DNA of 64,000 bases from Haliotis cracherodii (Eukaryota). The notes under the pieces are model-generated. The model was not told the DNA's origin and ran no database searches. It saw nothing but the letters and a program-made list of their open reading frames with translations. The stretch is from positions 34,906,001 to 34,970,000 of the forward strand of contig NW_027266270.1 of assembly GCF_022045235.1 (NCBI RefSeq), written 5' to 3'. The translations under genes and the position numbers were made by a program. Positions 25,930 through 38,660 of the stretch are shown in pieces (within the stretch, counting starts at the first letter, position 1; every line of letters starts with the position of its first letter).

Positions 25930-27883
25930 ATGTCAGACAGTGACTCCAGTCTGTCCAGCTCGTACAGCTCTGATGGACCGTACCTCATGTCGTATGGGAA
26001 GACATATGACTCTGATGAACCTGACGGGAATGAATTCATTTCAGGTAATAGAAAGCAATAAGCAGCCCAATGGGGATGTGTAGGGTTTGACCGCACTGAC
26101 CACCGCCACACAATGAAAACAGCTTGTACCTCTAAGCTATATAGCAGCAAACATTTCCCTTTCATAGTCCAAAAGATTTTATTCACGACATTGATCAGTC
26201 CTGTCAAAGGTCAAGGCCGTTGGCAAGATTGCTTATTTGTCTTACTGCGCTTGTTTGTGTCTGGAATATGATATGCTTAAGTTATCTGGAAAATGATGTC
26301 CTTTAGTACACATCTTTATAGCCTGGGTAACATGTTTTAGACATGGATCCGTCAATTATATTTCTGAAACGGCCATGGTTGATCGGTCACAGCGAAGATT
26401 GTCAGTAAAGTTTGTTTGGCCTTTTCACAAAAATGGCTTCCTTCATCCATCCTGTACGGGTATATATGACAAGTGACGAAAAACTTATGACCAACTTTCA
26501 ATTTGGAGTATATGCGATATTTCTGTTATATTTAACTTCACCGATGGACTTGCAACCGGAGGTCAAATTCATTCTCAAGGTCACACGTTAAAAGATAATG
26601 ATGTTTATGATAATGCAAGAAGTATTTACTGCAATCAGAGTACCTTGAATACATGTTCTTAGGGTGGGGCCTTCATTGAGGGTCAAGGTCACTGGAATTG
26701 TCATTTGTAAGATAGTTCAGATTATTATTATGTGTATGACTTGAAATGAGGAACAACGTTAATAAACGTTCTTATTAAGGTGGTTGGAGGCACTTTCAGC
26801 TTTAAAGTTGTACCAGAGTTCTTTTCCCTAATAGAAATAGTATTGTTGAAGCGGAAGTAACTGTACAGTCGCCTTGCTTTGGTCAATGGCTGTCATTATA
26901 CCGGTTTGGACGCTGAGGTAGGCTTGTGGTGGAAGCCTTCGCTCAACATGCTGTAAACCCGGGTTCGACTCCCCACATTTCACACCCTATTTTTGGTGTG
27001 ATGCTGCTGGAATGCTACTAAAAGCGATGTAAAACCATACTCACTCTCTCGTGTTAAGATTTTAAGAGGCATGGGGCTTTTTGTTAACTAATAGAGACAA
27101 ACACTTTCTAGGTTCATAAGAGAGCTCTGCCAAAGAACAGATTTGACTGTACGATTCCGACTATATCATGAGCATGCGTTTATGAATCACTAACAAATAG
27201 TGATCATACCAGGTGTTCGCCCTAACGGTGTCACCCGTCACAAACACCTTCAAGGGCAAGACAATTCCTCACCTGAAAAAACAGTCCCGACAATAAATGT
27301 CACAATTTGTCACAGCCGGATGTCTTCAATGAGGGACGTGAATCCAGCAAACGGTGTTGGAAACAACCATACATATCGGCTCTTTCAGATAGGTATCCCG
27401 TTCATGCAGGGCAAGCAAACACGTCGCAAAGCAGATTGTGAAAGGAATCGATTCGCAGTCGTCTTGATCTTTTAGGTATGGCCAGTCTTCAAGAAACTGT
27501 AACCTCGCGACACTTTCGAAATAGTTTGTCTCTCCCGAAATTGAATTATGACTATGAACAGTGGAGCTCGATTCTGTCAAGCACTGGGACGGAGCATGCA
27601 ACCGCACCAAATTAGGGAGGCCACGCAAGACATAAGAGCTGCCGTGGGCCACTTCGTTCTTTTACGAGCGCCTTTTATATGCTGCCACTAACAATCATCA
27701 GAAATAAACTTACAATATATACTGCCAAACACGGTAATCTTAATCCCTGCACATCTTAGTAGAACAAGAAATACAGTGTACATATTGATATCACCTGTTT
27801 CTTTACCTGAATTCGCTGAAGTTTTTCACTGCGCATAATGCTCGAAAATCTCATGCATCTACTCTGGTAGAATTATTTGGGTG

Positions 27884-27947
<64 letters not shown>

Positions 27948-30900
27948 CATGCAGAAACTTCAGGATCTCTCCGAGCAGCATGAATGTGAACATGTCCTAG
28001 TTACTGAGGATTTCTTTATTGTGCAGAAAATGACACAACTCTCCAACTCGTTGTTTACTGATCATGCCAGTGCTGTAGCATTCAGACTCTCAATGATCTC
28101 TAAGTAAAGTAAGAACTCCCTTACTTCTCTGATTATTGTTTAAGTAATAACACAATTCATAACAAATACAGTTTCGTATTCTATCATAAACTGCAGATGA
28201 CAAAACAACACCAGTAATAACGTTTTTAGTGCTTGCAATTAGGCCATTTACAAAAAGGCCCAGTGAGCACAGTTCACATACAGTATGCAGTGCGCCAGCT
28301 GTTTATTCAGCAAGTATATTTCAATATTTTTTCATCTTGTTTGTGTTATAGTATCAGTCTGGTATTGGTACTGCTATCACCTTTCTGCTTACCTCTTGCC
28401 TCCAATCAAATATTTGATTTGATTTATGATTTATTTGATTTTATGTATGATTTATTTGATTTTATGTATGATTTATGTGAATTGATTTAATATGATTTCA
28501 ATTTCCTGTTATATGATAACTATGATATACAGTTACAAATAATCAATTAGTTATTTGTAAAAACAAAGTGACCTAAGATTCTATAGTTATCAGGGAATTA
28601 TATACATATATGTTTTTTCTCATCCTCAATTATAAATAATTCGCAAGCCATGGGTTTTTTGGTTTCCATTTCAGAGCATGCATTCCCATCAAGCGTATTG
28701 TCACTTTCTGAACAACATGATATGCTACGTACATTGCACGAAGAATCAGACAAGCCGTGTGAGTAATTCCTTTACTATTCCACAGCCTTCATATAGATTA
28801 TATCTGATAACAATAATTTTACTTGTCATATTAATAATGAAATTCGCTGCTAATATTTGTGCATCATAACAAAACAAGATTCAAACACACATGGATACTT
28901 GAAGTTATGGGACAACTAAACGGTCCTTGTTTTGCGTGTTTTCAGCCTTTTGGATCTTTCCTCAAAATGTAAGAAAGCACCTGTCAGACAAGTTTCCTCT
29001 GATAAAAAGAAGACTGGAGGAACTGCTTCAACAAGACTGTGCCATCATCATAGCGGGTCATAGTTTACTGAACCTGACAGAAGCATACTGGCAGGGCCGA
29101 GTGCCAATGAGTGTCATTTGTGATGTGTGTGTCTTCTCCCGTGCACACCCTCTCATGATCCTCACCTTTACAACAAACAGACCCGAGACAGCTGTCAGAC
29201 ACAACTCATACTTGGCCAGGTCAATCATAAGAGCTATTAAAGGCGAAACGCAGCTGAATTTAAATGTCTTTCATGGCGTTTTGGATGAGAATGTGTGTCA
29301 GGCACGTGAGACATTCCTTGAAACAATAAACCATTTTGAGAAAATCTCCCACGTTCTGGGCTCTCTGTCTTCTCCAACTCATGACATGTACAGAGTACTG
29401 AAAGCCTTTCTGAAAGTTCTACATGATAACCAGCTACAACGACAAAGTAACAGAGAGGTAACTGCTGTTTGTGTTCAAATGACAAATGTATTTTTCAACA
29501 GGAAACATCAATACCCAATCTCATGGAGCTAAAAGTTTAATAACATTTAAGATGGTCTCAAGTATAGCTTTAACATTTTTTGATGAAAATCTCATAACTA
29601 AGAGTTAAAAAAGCACAGTGGTTAAGACCAGTGGGGAAGGCTATGACTAGAAAAGTGAATAGTTTACCACCCTGAATAGTGAGTTGTGTTAACGTCGCTT
29701 TGAACGGTATTCCAGTAATATCACGTCGTGTCACCTCAGTGTGCAGGTCTCAGGCGTTTTCCACTTTGATGAAACCCATGAGCATGTATAAGGTGCTGAC
29801 AAACTCTGAAATGTAATCGGCGCGAACCTGGAGTAAAACCCACGATCATAGATTTCTGGTGTTCCTAAGGGACGCAGCTCAACTCGGCGAATTGCGACGC
29901 CTAAGGAGACTATGTAACCCACCGCGACTAGCGGGATCGGGTGGTCAGGCTTACTTGGTTTATCCATGTCATCGTATCCCAATTGCGTGGATCGATGCTC
30001 GTGATGTCAATCACTGGATTGTCTGGCCCAGACTCGATTATTTACAGACCGCCGCCATATAGATGGAATATTGCTGAAAGCAGATTTAAACAACAAACAA
30101 AACAAAAAATCTTGCATTTGAACCCATTATCATAGGTTTTTGCCATGCCAAAGGAACGCAATTCTGCAAATCAAATTGAGGTAGTCATGTGAAGCTATGA
30201 ACAATCCTTTCCTTGTGTTATCATCAGTTGCCATTGTAATAATTCTTCAATATCATTGCATACTATATATTAAAACAGTTCTACCATTTCATACAATTGT
30301 AGTCCAATGGCAATTGCATAAAAACAACCCCACTCATAGAAATCGGTAACTTATATTTATGATTTACTTCTAAATCAACTACAGAATAACGTCTTTTAAT
30401 CGAACTCCATTACCTATATATTTTAAGATAGCATGTAGCATGACAGTAGCTTTATTGTTTTGGTACATTGCTGATGAGAACTGTAGTCTAATATTCTCGT
30501 GCAGATAACTTGACGTGTTGTCGATGGTTCGAGGACTTGGATTCTACAAGATTTCACTTAATCTACAGAGCCATCGCCATTTAAGAAATAATCTCAAATT
30601 GTTTTCTTTTTATATCTTCCCAGAACAAAGAACAAGACAAAGAGACAGGTTTGCACACCAATAAGTACCAGCAAGATGCAAAATCGGTCAAACCACTTGT
30701 AATATACATCCACTTAGTACGTTTTGCAAAGTCGTAACACTTGACTAATAAACACTCTGGCAGGAGTAAATATGGGTTATTGAAGTTTAAATATTTACAA
30801 ATATCATTAAAAGCAGCACTTAATAACAGGACGCTTTTTCTTATAACATTTCCATGTTGCAACAGAAAGGACTACAACGCAGGAGGCTTCTTCTCAAATG

Positions 30901-33900
30901 ATGGCTCCTGAAGACCATACGGGAGAAAACAGTCATATATCAGCTCTTCCTAAACGACCAGATGACCAGTCGCCATGTCTAGAGGCATCTGCTACTAGTG
31001 CGAACGACAATGGACATGCACCTATTCAAAGACGAGAGGTATGCATGTATTTGTGTATTGGTTTAAGCCTGCTCACGAAGAGAGTTATGAAGGCCAAATA
31101 CATTGCTTGCTTACTTTCCTGGCAACTGCGTTTTATATTAATATGTATTTAGTATTATATATGTTGGACTTCCATTTTTTTAAACCTTGGTGGCTGAGTG
31201 GGTTAGGTCACTGATTTTGTGTTTGTGATGCCGATTAGGCAAATTGATGTTGAATTCACACAAAAAAAGTTCTAGAATTACTTTACAAAGAAAGTGTTCC
31301 CGGATATAACGTGTGTGAATACTTGTCCTGACTTATTCAACTGAGCAATATGTTTAATGTTACATGGGGCGAATACACTCTGTGTGTTTTTCTAACATGT
31401 CACTCCCTATTTTGTCATTAAAGAGCATTAGTGTACAATCACCGATGGGTCTGTTTGGGTTACATGCAACTAATGCTTCGGTCAATGCTTCGGTGACGAC
31501 AGTCCGTATATCCCTCTGTCGGTAACACTCATATTCAAGATCAAATTCGAGGATCTTTGTATTCTTCAGCTTGCAAAACAGAGATCGTCCTTAATGTTGG
31601 GTTAGGCATGGCTATGTTTCGTTAGTCGCCGCTATTCGCTGTGCAGGGACATGCGTGTAACTTAGCAGGTGGTTCTGATCCCAGATTCACTCTCAGTATG
31701 ATTCTTGGTGTGTCAGCACCGTACCGTTGTTCGTGGGTTTAACTGAAGTGGTAATCGTCTGAGACCTACAACACATCAGGCTTTCATCCCACAACATATT
31801 GACAAGACTGAAAAACAACGTTTAAAATCAAGTCACTCACATTTTATGTGTGTGTTCCAATGTCTCTCTCGGATATACATCTATGTGGGTACATTTAAAT
31901 GTTTTGTGTGGCCAGTGGAATTTCTGCAATCTGGCAGAAATGGTCAATTTTGTGTTCATCCCAGTGAATGTAAAAAATATAAGTCGGGCTACTTTCATCC
32001 CAATATGATGTCAGGGAATCCAGATGCAAGGTGATGGTTACTTTGACACCTTCTTCCTGGGCCAATGTGCACAAAATGATCTTTCCGCTACAATTATTGT
32101 AAATCCATAACTTTGCAAACCACAATCGAAATTTACAATTGGTGTGGTCCAACTTTGAGTAATCCCTTAACATACTTAACAAAATGGCGCGCAATACTGG
32201 GTCTAATTGCAATAAATCCGCTTGTGAGAGTCATATCAATGCTTGGCAAAATATGTAGAACGCATCACAGATATCAGAAAATTGCGATGACAATCCACAT
32301 TAATATCTTGTCGATAATCTAAAATTTCGTGTCCATCCGAGTCTATGCAGACATAATTATAAAAAGAATCTCGCATCTTGCCTTGATCTCTTAACATTTT
32401 TTTAGATGCTACTCTGCGTTCTTTTGCTTCTGACTTTGGATGTGTATTAAAACATTCGTCACCTAATTCATGTCACGCCACAAAATGTATTCCCCTGCAT
32501 GGAATGTTTTTCTCATTTTCTCCTCTATGTATCTGTTTCTAACTAACGGTGAGAAGATATGCTGTTGATTTAACTTCACCTATAAGTATTGCCTGTGTAT
32601 TGTTCAATGAAAAACTACACATTCGATCATTATATGGTCATATTCTGCGTCAATTAACATTCGAGCCATATCGCGATGGGAAATACTCAAATGTAGAGAT
32701 GTAAAATGTTTCTATTGGTATGGCTAATATATGGTGATAACAGATTCTTGTCTCAGTGCCATATATCGGTACACTTTCCACATAGATGTATATAACTTCA
32801 AAACTGTCTACTACTGGGACTTGCTCCGTGTATTGTTACTTACACTTAAACTTAGACTTAGACTTTTGTTGAACCAGTTCCATAAAACCATTACTCACAC
32901 TTCAGTATGACGATCTTCTAAAGAGAATCGAGCAGCTGGAGCAAAGACAAGAAGGTAAGCTTCAGGTTAACCATCATATTTAGGGGCTTTGCTGAAGTAT
33001 AAATCTTTTAGTGAATGAGTATTGTTTTACGCAGCGTTTAGCAATATTCCAGCAATACCACGGCGGGGGACACCAGAAATGGGCTTCACACATGGTACTC
33101 ATGTGGGGAATCGAGCCCGAGCGAACGCTTTAACCACTGGGATACACCGCCCTTATAACTTTTTTTAACAACACATCGTTCATTAACAGTTGATATGTCA
33201 TTCAACATCTGCTTTCTTGAGTTTATATATATATATATATATATTGTTACTGATGTGGTTTCATTTACAGACATCCTGCAAGAAAAGGTAAACAATTCAT
33301 ACATTTCTTTCTTGTCTTTGTTAAAAAAAGTGATTTGTTCTGAAGTAGTAACATCATTTAATGTATACATGTTTGTCTTCTCACACTCATGTCATCCATA
33401 TTACAACTAATATCGAGGAATATTCCCGCAGCTCCAGACCTTGGAGCCTATTTTTCACAACTTTTGAGGCAATCAAGCATGCTCTTTCTACCGAGATTTC
33501 AAAGAGCGTCATACAACTCAGAAGTTGTTTGATCAAGGTTACAGCATTCAAGGCCTCAGTAAAACTTTCAAAATGTTTTATGGAAGACATGTGGAGGAGA
33601 TTTCCAAATTAGACGCATCAGTGACTGAATGATGTCAAATTCAATTCCCTATTTTAACTTGTACCATGTGTTCCCGTGTTTTATTCAGGTGAACAATTGA
33701 ATCTGCCTTTGCATGTGTTTGTGACGGATGCCACCGATGGTGGATGATACACTCACATTTTCCCGAACACATGGTATCATCACTATTTGAAAATGATTAA
33801 GTAACAAATTTTCATGATATAGTTAAAATCGTACAATCGACTCCGTTTTTTGCAGAGATTTATAGTCCGTTGCATTTCTTTATACAGGAAATGCTGCATC

Positions 33901-35655
33901 AAGATTACTTGACGGGTGGGTAGACATACATATTTTTGATTGGTTACATAATACCCCCCCCCCCCAATATGTATGCATGTGTTGTCAGAACACATGTAAA
34001 CAAAAACAGACAAAAAGAATTCAAACAAATAAAGAAGTGACCGTGTCGGAATTGAACCCTTGTAATGAGTGAGCACCTTGACTTCAAAGCTTCCTTTTTG
34101 TTTGTTTACAAGTGCATGTTTGCATTATTATCTCTCCTTTGTGCACAGTGCACTGAATAAAAGTCTTAATAACTCATAATCATAACTCATAACTCATCAC
34201 TGACACGTAATACTTACCTTGACATATTTTGTCTTTCAGATGTACGCCTGTCTCTCTTGATGAGAGTCAGATCCTCCTCATTCTCAAAGTCTGATTCTGG
34301 ATTCTGTAAGTAATCCAAGGGTCCAAACGTTGATAAAGTAGCCGGCCATGTTGAATCTCTCAGCCGAGAAGAAAACACTCACCAATCGGAGGCTCGACTA
34401 ACCTGTCGAACTAAATCTTCCTACAGTAATAACGTTTGCTCTATAAGATTGAAGACAGAAGGTATCAATGGAAACTGTCAATAGAATCAGAACAACATAT
34501 TCACATTTCGATATATTATCGGACAAGAGGATGATAAAGTATTGACTCATAACGGAATTCATGATATATGGGTGTGTTTGCCGGTAAGATAAAGCCAAAG
34601 TCATTTTTTTATTTATTCATAATACAGGATAATTACCGTCCCAATACATACGGATGTTAACCTCGGTACAGGAACAAAGGTTTTATTTCCAGATAACTAT
34701 CAGTTCAACGTACTTTAGAATACAGCAATGGTGTATGGTTGTATAAACTTCTGTGATCACTTGATTGACCAAATAACAGTTGCTGTCGTTTTATATAGCT
34801 GAGACTGGATTGCTATATTTGACCCTCTAACTAATGTTTATGACAGTTTTACATTTTCTTTAAGCAACATCTACTTCAACGAGCGACAAGGGCAGAATAT
34901 CAGATGCCGGAAAAGGGGATAAACGTGAGTTCAGTTCGAGTTTATAAATGAAAACAATCCCTGAAAATACATATCAGCTTTAAGCCTATCTCGAGAGATG
35001 AGGCCTCTTAACGTCCCCTTCACATGTTTTGCATATGTATTGCGAGCATGATGGCATGTTGTGGGTTGTGAACTATTGCTGAAGATCCCTAAACATTTCA
35101 CAAATTAAGGGTAATAGTTGTTGATAGATTTTCGACACAGAATACCCTATCTGTTCACTGCTGTCCCTCAAAGGACCAACAATACTTACATTGTTTAACA
35201 AGTCGAATTTTCCTTAATTAAGATACTACAATTTCACTGTGTACGCATTTGTGAGAAATGCATTTTTTGTTTTACCCAAGGCGACAATGTGACAACGAGA
35301 CATTACATTCAAGGTCAAAATATATCGCATTTTCGCCCCATCGAAAATGACTGAAAGAAGCGTAAATATTGGCGACATTATCGCGTTGTCGTGCATTTTA
35401 ACGCCTTGTTTTACACATTGGGGCGACAATAAAACATATTTTGACCTTGAAAAATGTCGCATTGTCGCATTTTAGCGCTTTGGTTAATTTTGACACTGTT
35501 TTCTTTTTGGAAGGGCGACAACGCGACAACGTGTCAGTGTCCCTTAGTGAACATTTACAGTCATGTCAACGTATTTCTCCACAAGAAGCAATTCTAACAA
35601 CATATATGAGATCTCTATTTTCAGACACACACACACACACACACACACGCACGCA

Positions 35656-35705
<50 letters not shown>

Positions 35706-38189
35706 TAGTAAATATCACCTTTAAACGTTTACAATGACTATGTGTATCTAGACACCACACAACCAAACCATACAGATAGAAATAGAAGGGGTCAACTGTT
35801 TTGCTAAGTTTCACTTAAACGTTTGCGGGGATATTCATGAAAAAGGCGCTGCTGAAGTATTCATCTTTATTGCACAATATTATTGTCAATAATTGTTAAT
35901 ATAGATGATCGTTGTGAAGCTCAAGGTGAACACCTACCTCAGCTGACAAGAAAAGAAATAGATGGAGGCGACCTGGAGTTGGTCAAATTCAACCGAGAGG
36001 CTTCTCTACATGAGGCGTGTCAGGAGGGCAACCTGGATGCCGTGACGCACATCGTGTCCGGGGGACTGGCTGATATCAACTGTAGAGGCAGGCTGGGCAG
36101 AACTCCAGTCATGGTGGCAGCAAAGGCAGGGCACCTGTCAATAGTTAACTTCTTGATCAGGCAAAGCTGTGGTATCTTAGAGGTTGATCACAATAATGAC
36201 ACTGTCCTCCATGTTGCCTGTATGAGTGGAAATGTGGATGTGTTTAAATGTATTCTGTCAAGAAATACTATCAACATGGAGAAGAGAGGGCGATATGGAT
36301 GGACAGCCATAGGCACATCTGCGTTTTATGGCGCGAAAAATGTCTTTGACTTCATTATTAGGAAAGGGTGTGATATGTCAGTGGTCGATGATGATGGTGA
36401 CAACATCCTTCACTTGACATGTCTTGGTGGCAATGTCGAGATCTGCAAGTTCCTCCTCTCAAAAGACATAGTTGGAATAGAGAGTAGAGGAAAATACAAC
36501 AGAACACCCGTGATGAAAGCAGCTAGCAAGGGTCACAGAGAACTGTTTGAGTTCCTTGTGAGTAGAGGGTGTGATCTGTCAGTAGTGGATGGGTATGGAG
36601 AAAACATCCTTCACGTGACGTGTCTTGGTGGCAATGTCGACATCTGCAAGTACCTCCTCTCAAAAGACATAGTTGGAATAGAGAGTAGAGGAAAATACAA
36701 CAGAACACCCGTGATGAAAGCAGCTAGCACTGGTCACAGAGAACTGTTTGAGTTCCTTGTGAGTAAAGGGTGTGATCTGTCAGTAGTGGATGGGAATGGA
36801 GACAACATCCTTCACGTGACATGTCTTGGTGGCAATGTCAACATCTGCAAGTACCTCCTCTCAAAAGACATAGTTGGAATAGAGAGTAGAGGACGATACA
36901 ACAGAACACCCGTGATGACAGCAGCTAGCATGGGTCATAGAGAACTGTTTGAGTTCCTTGTTTGTAAAGGGTGTGATCTGTCAGTACTGGATGGGAAGGG
37001 GAACAACATCCTTCACTTGACATGTATTGGTGGCAATGTCGACATCTGCAAGTACCTCCTCTCAAAAGACATTGTTGGAATAGAGAGTAGAGGACGATAC
37101 AACAGAACACCCGTGATGACAGCAGCTAGCATGGGTCATAGAGAACTGTTTGAGTTCCTTGTTTGTAAAGGGTGTGATCTGTCAGTACTGGATGGGAAGG
37201 GGAACAACATCCTTCACTTGACATGTATTGGTGGCAATGTCGACATCTGCAAGTACCTCATCTCAAAAGACATAGTTGGAATAGAGAGTAGAGGACGATA
37301 CAACAGAACACCCGTGATGAAAGCAGCTAGCATGGGTCATAGAGAACTGTTTGAGTTCCTTGTTTGTAAAGGGTGTGATCTGTCAGTACTGGATGGGAAT
37401 GGAGACAACATCCTTCACTTGACATGTATTGGTGGCAATGTCAACATCTGCAAGTACCTCCTCTCAAAAGACATAGTTGGAATAGAGAGTAGAGGACAAA
37501 ACAACAGAACACCCGTGATGAAAGCAGCAAACCAGGGTCACAGAGAACTGTTTGAGTTCCTTGTGAGTAAAGGGTGTGATCTGTCAGTACTGGATGGCAA
37601 TGGAGACAACATCCTTCACGTGACATGTCTTGGTGGCAATGTCGACAACTGCAAGTACCTCCTCTCAAAAGATGTAGTTGGCTTAGAGAATAGAGGACGA
37701 TACAACAGAACACCCGTGATGACAGCTGCTAGCAAGGGTCACAGAGAACTGTTTGACTTCCTTGTGAGTAAAGGGTGTGATCTGTCAGTAGTGGATGGGA
37801 ATGGAGAAAACATCCTTCACTTGACATGTCTTGGTGGCAATGTCAATATCTGCAAGTACCTCCTCTCAAAAGACATAGTTGGAATAGAGAGTAGAGGACA
37901 ATACAACAGAACACCCGTGATGACAGCAGCGAGCCAGGGTCACAGAGAACTGTTTGACTTCCTTGTGAGTAAAGGGTGTGATTTGTCAGTACTGGATTGG
38001 AATGGGAACAACATCCTTCACTTGACGTGTCTTGGTGGCAATGTCAACATCTGCAAGTACCTCATCTCAAAAGACATAGTTGGAATAGAGAGTAGAGGAC
38101 AATACAACATGACACCCGTGATGATGGCAGTAAACAAGGGTCACAGAGAACTGTTTGAGTTCCTTGTGAGTAAAGGGTGTGATCTGTGA
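25930..38189 (+). CDS. ORF2: Ser/Asp-rich N-terminus + Schlafen SWADL-like linker domain + short-exon linker + about 22 ankyrin repeats (about 1,100 aa)
   Basis: Phase-consistent GT-AG model: 25930-26044, 28946-29457, 30624-30648, 30866-31038, 32906-32954, 33271-33287, 33888-33915, 34240-34305, 34865-34924, 35905-38189 (3,330 nt, no internal stop). Start context is TTCAAAATG. The small exons are the least certain part. Confidence 0.65.
27887..27945. repeat. (GT)n microsatellite
   Basis: Seen directly. An interrupted version is at about 62057-62098 in the paralogous block. Confidence 0.95.
28946..29457 (+). CDS. ORF2 exon 2: Schlafen middle (SWADL-type linker) domain
   Basis: Acceptor ttttgcgtgttttcag|CC (phase 1) and donor GAG|GTAACT. 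AIIIAGHSLLNL...VICDVCVFSRAHPLMILTF...YLARSIIRAI resembles the vertebrate SLFN linker as I recall it (ILIFSRSWAVDL...VICDALLIAQNSTPILYTI...TAFTLKQKL). Confidence 0.7.
29680..29910 (-). mobile_element. tRNA-derived SINE (family C)
   Basis: Reverse complement resembles 39115-39380 and 49850-50090 (CATGCTCATGGGTTTC...GAGACCTGCA). Confidence 0.6.
33010..33150 (-). mobile_element. tRNA-derived SINE (family A)
   Basis: GGGGACACCAGAAATGGGCTTCACACAT...GGGAATCGAGCCC is the reverse complement of family A. Confidence 0.8.
33400..33830 (+). mobile_element. Penelope-like element 3' fragment
   Basis: KLFDQGYSIQGLSKTFKMFYGRH. The nucleotide sequence is similar to 11880-12090. Confidence 0.6.
35626..35702. 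repeat. (CA)n/(CACG)n compound microsatellite
   Basis: Seen directly. Confidence 0.95.
35905..38189 (+). CDS. ORF2 terminal exon: ankyrin-repeat array
   Basis: Acceptor aatatag|AT (phase 1). Four diverged ANK repeats, then nine near-identical 67-aa double-ANK units (NILHxTCLGGNV / RTPVMxAASxGH), ending at TGA 38187-38189. Confidence 0.9.
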
Positions 38190-38660
38190 GTAGTGGATGA
38201 GAATGGTGACAAAATCCTTCACGTGACGTGTATTGGTGTCAATGTCGACAACTGCAAGTACCTCCTCTCAAAAGACATAGTTGGCATAGAAAGTAGATAA
38301 AAATACAACAGAACACCCGTGATGAAAGCAGCTAGCAATGGTCACAGAGAACTGTTTGAGTTCCTTGTTTGTAAAGGGTGTGATCTGTCAGTAGTGGATG
38401 GGAATGGAGACAACATCCTTCACGTGACATGTCTTGGTGGCAATGTCGACATCTGCAAGTACCTCCTCTCAAAAGACATAGTTGGAATAGAGAGTAGAGG
38501 ACAATACAACATGACACCCGTGATGACAGCAGCTAGTAATGGTCACAGAGAACTGTTTGAGTTCCTTGTGAGTAAAGGATGTGATGTGTCAGTACTGGAT
38601 TGGAATGGGAACAACATCCTTTACGTGACATGTCTTGGTGCCAATGTCGACATCTGCAAT
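36366..38660 (+). repeat. 201-bp coding tandem repeat, about 11.5 units
   Basis: The G-C-D codon block recurs every 201 bp from 36366 to 38577. Confidence 0.95.

Noticed and set aside
27326-27652. Minus-strand ORF MAHGSSYVLRGLPN also present at 61493-61732
   Set aside because: Shared only because the intron was duplicated. The copies differ by frame-changing indels and no domain is recognisable.
30136-30180. Extra 45-nt phase 0-0 exon of ORF2 (VFAMPKERNSANQIE)
   Set aside because: It is frame-neutral and possible, but the donor (GTAGTC) is weak, so it is left out of the model.
36523-38517. Repeated minus-strand Cys-rich ORFs
   Set aside because: Antisense shadows of the 201-bp ankyrin units.
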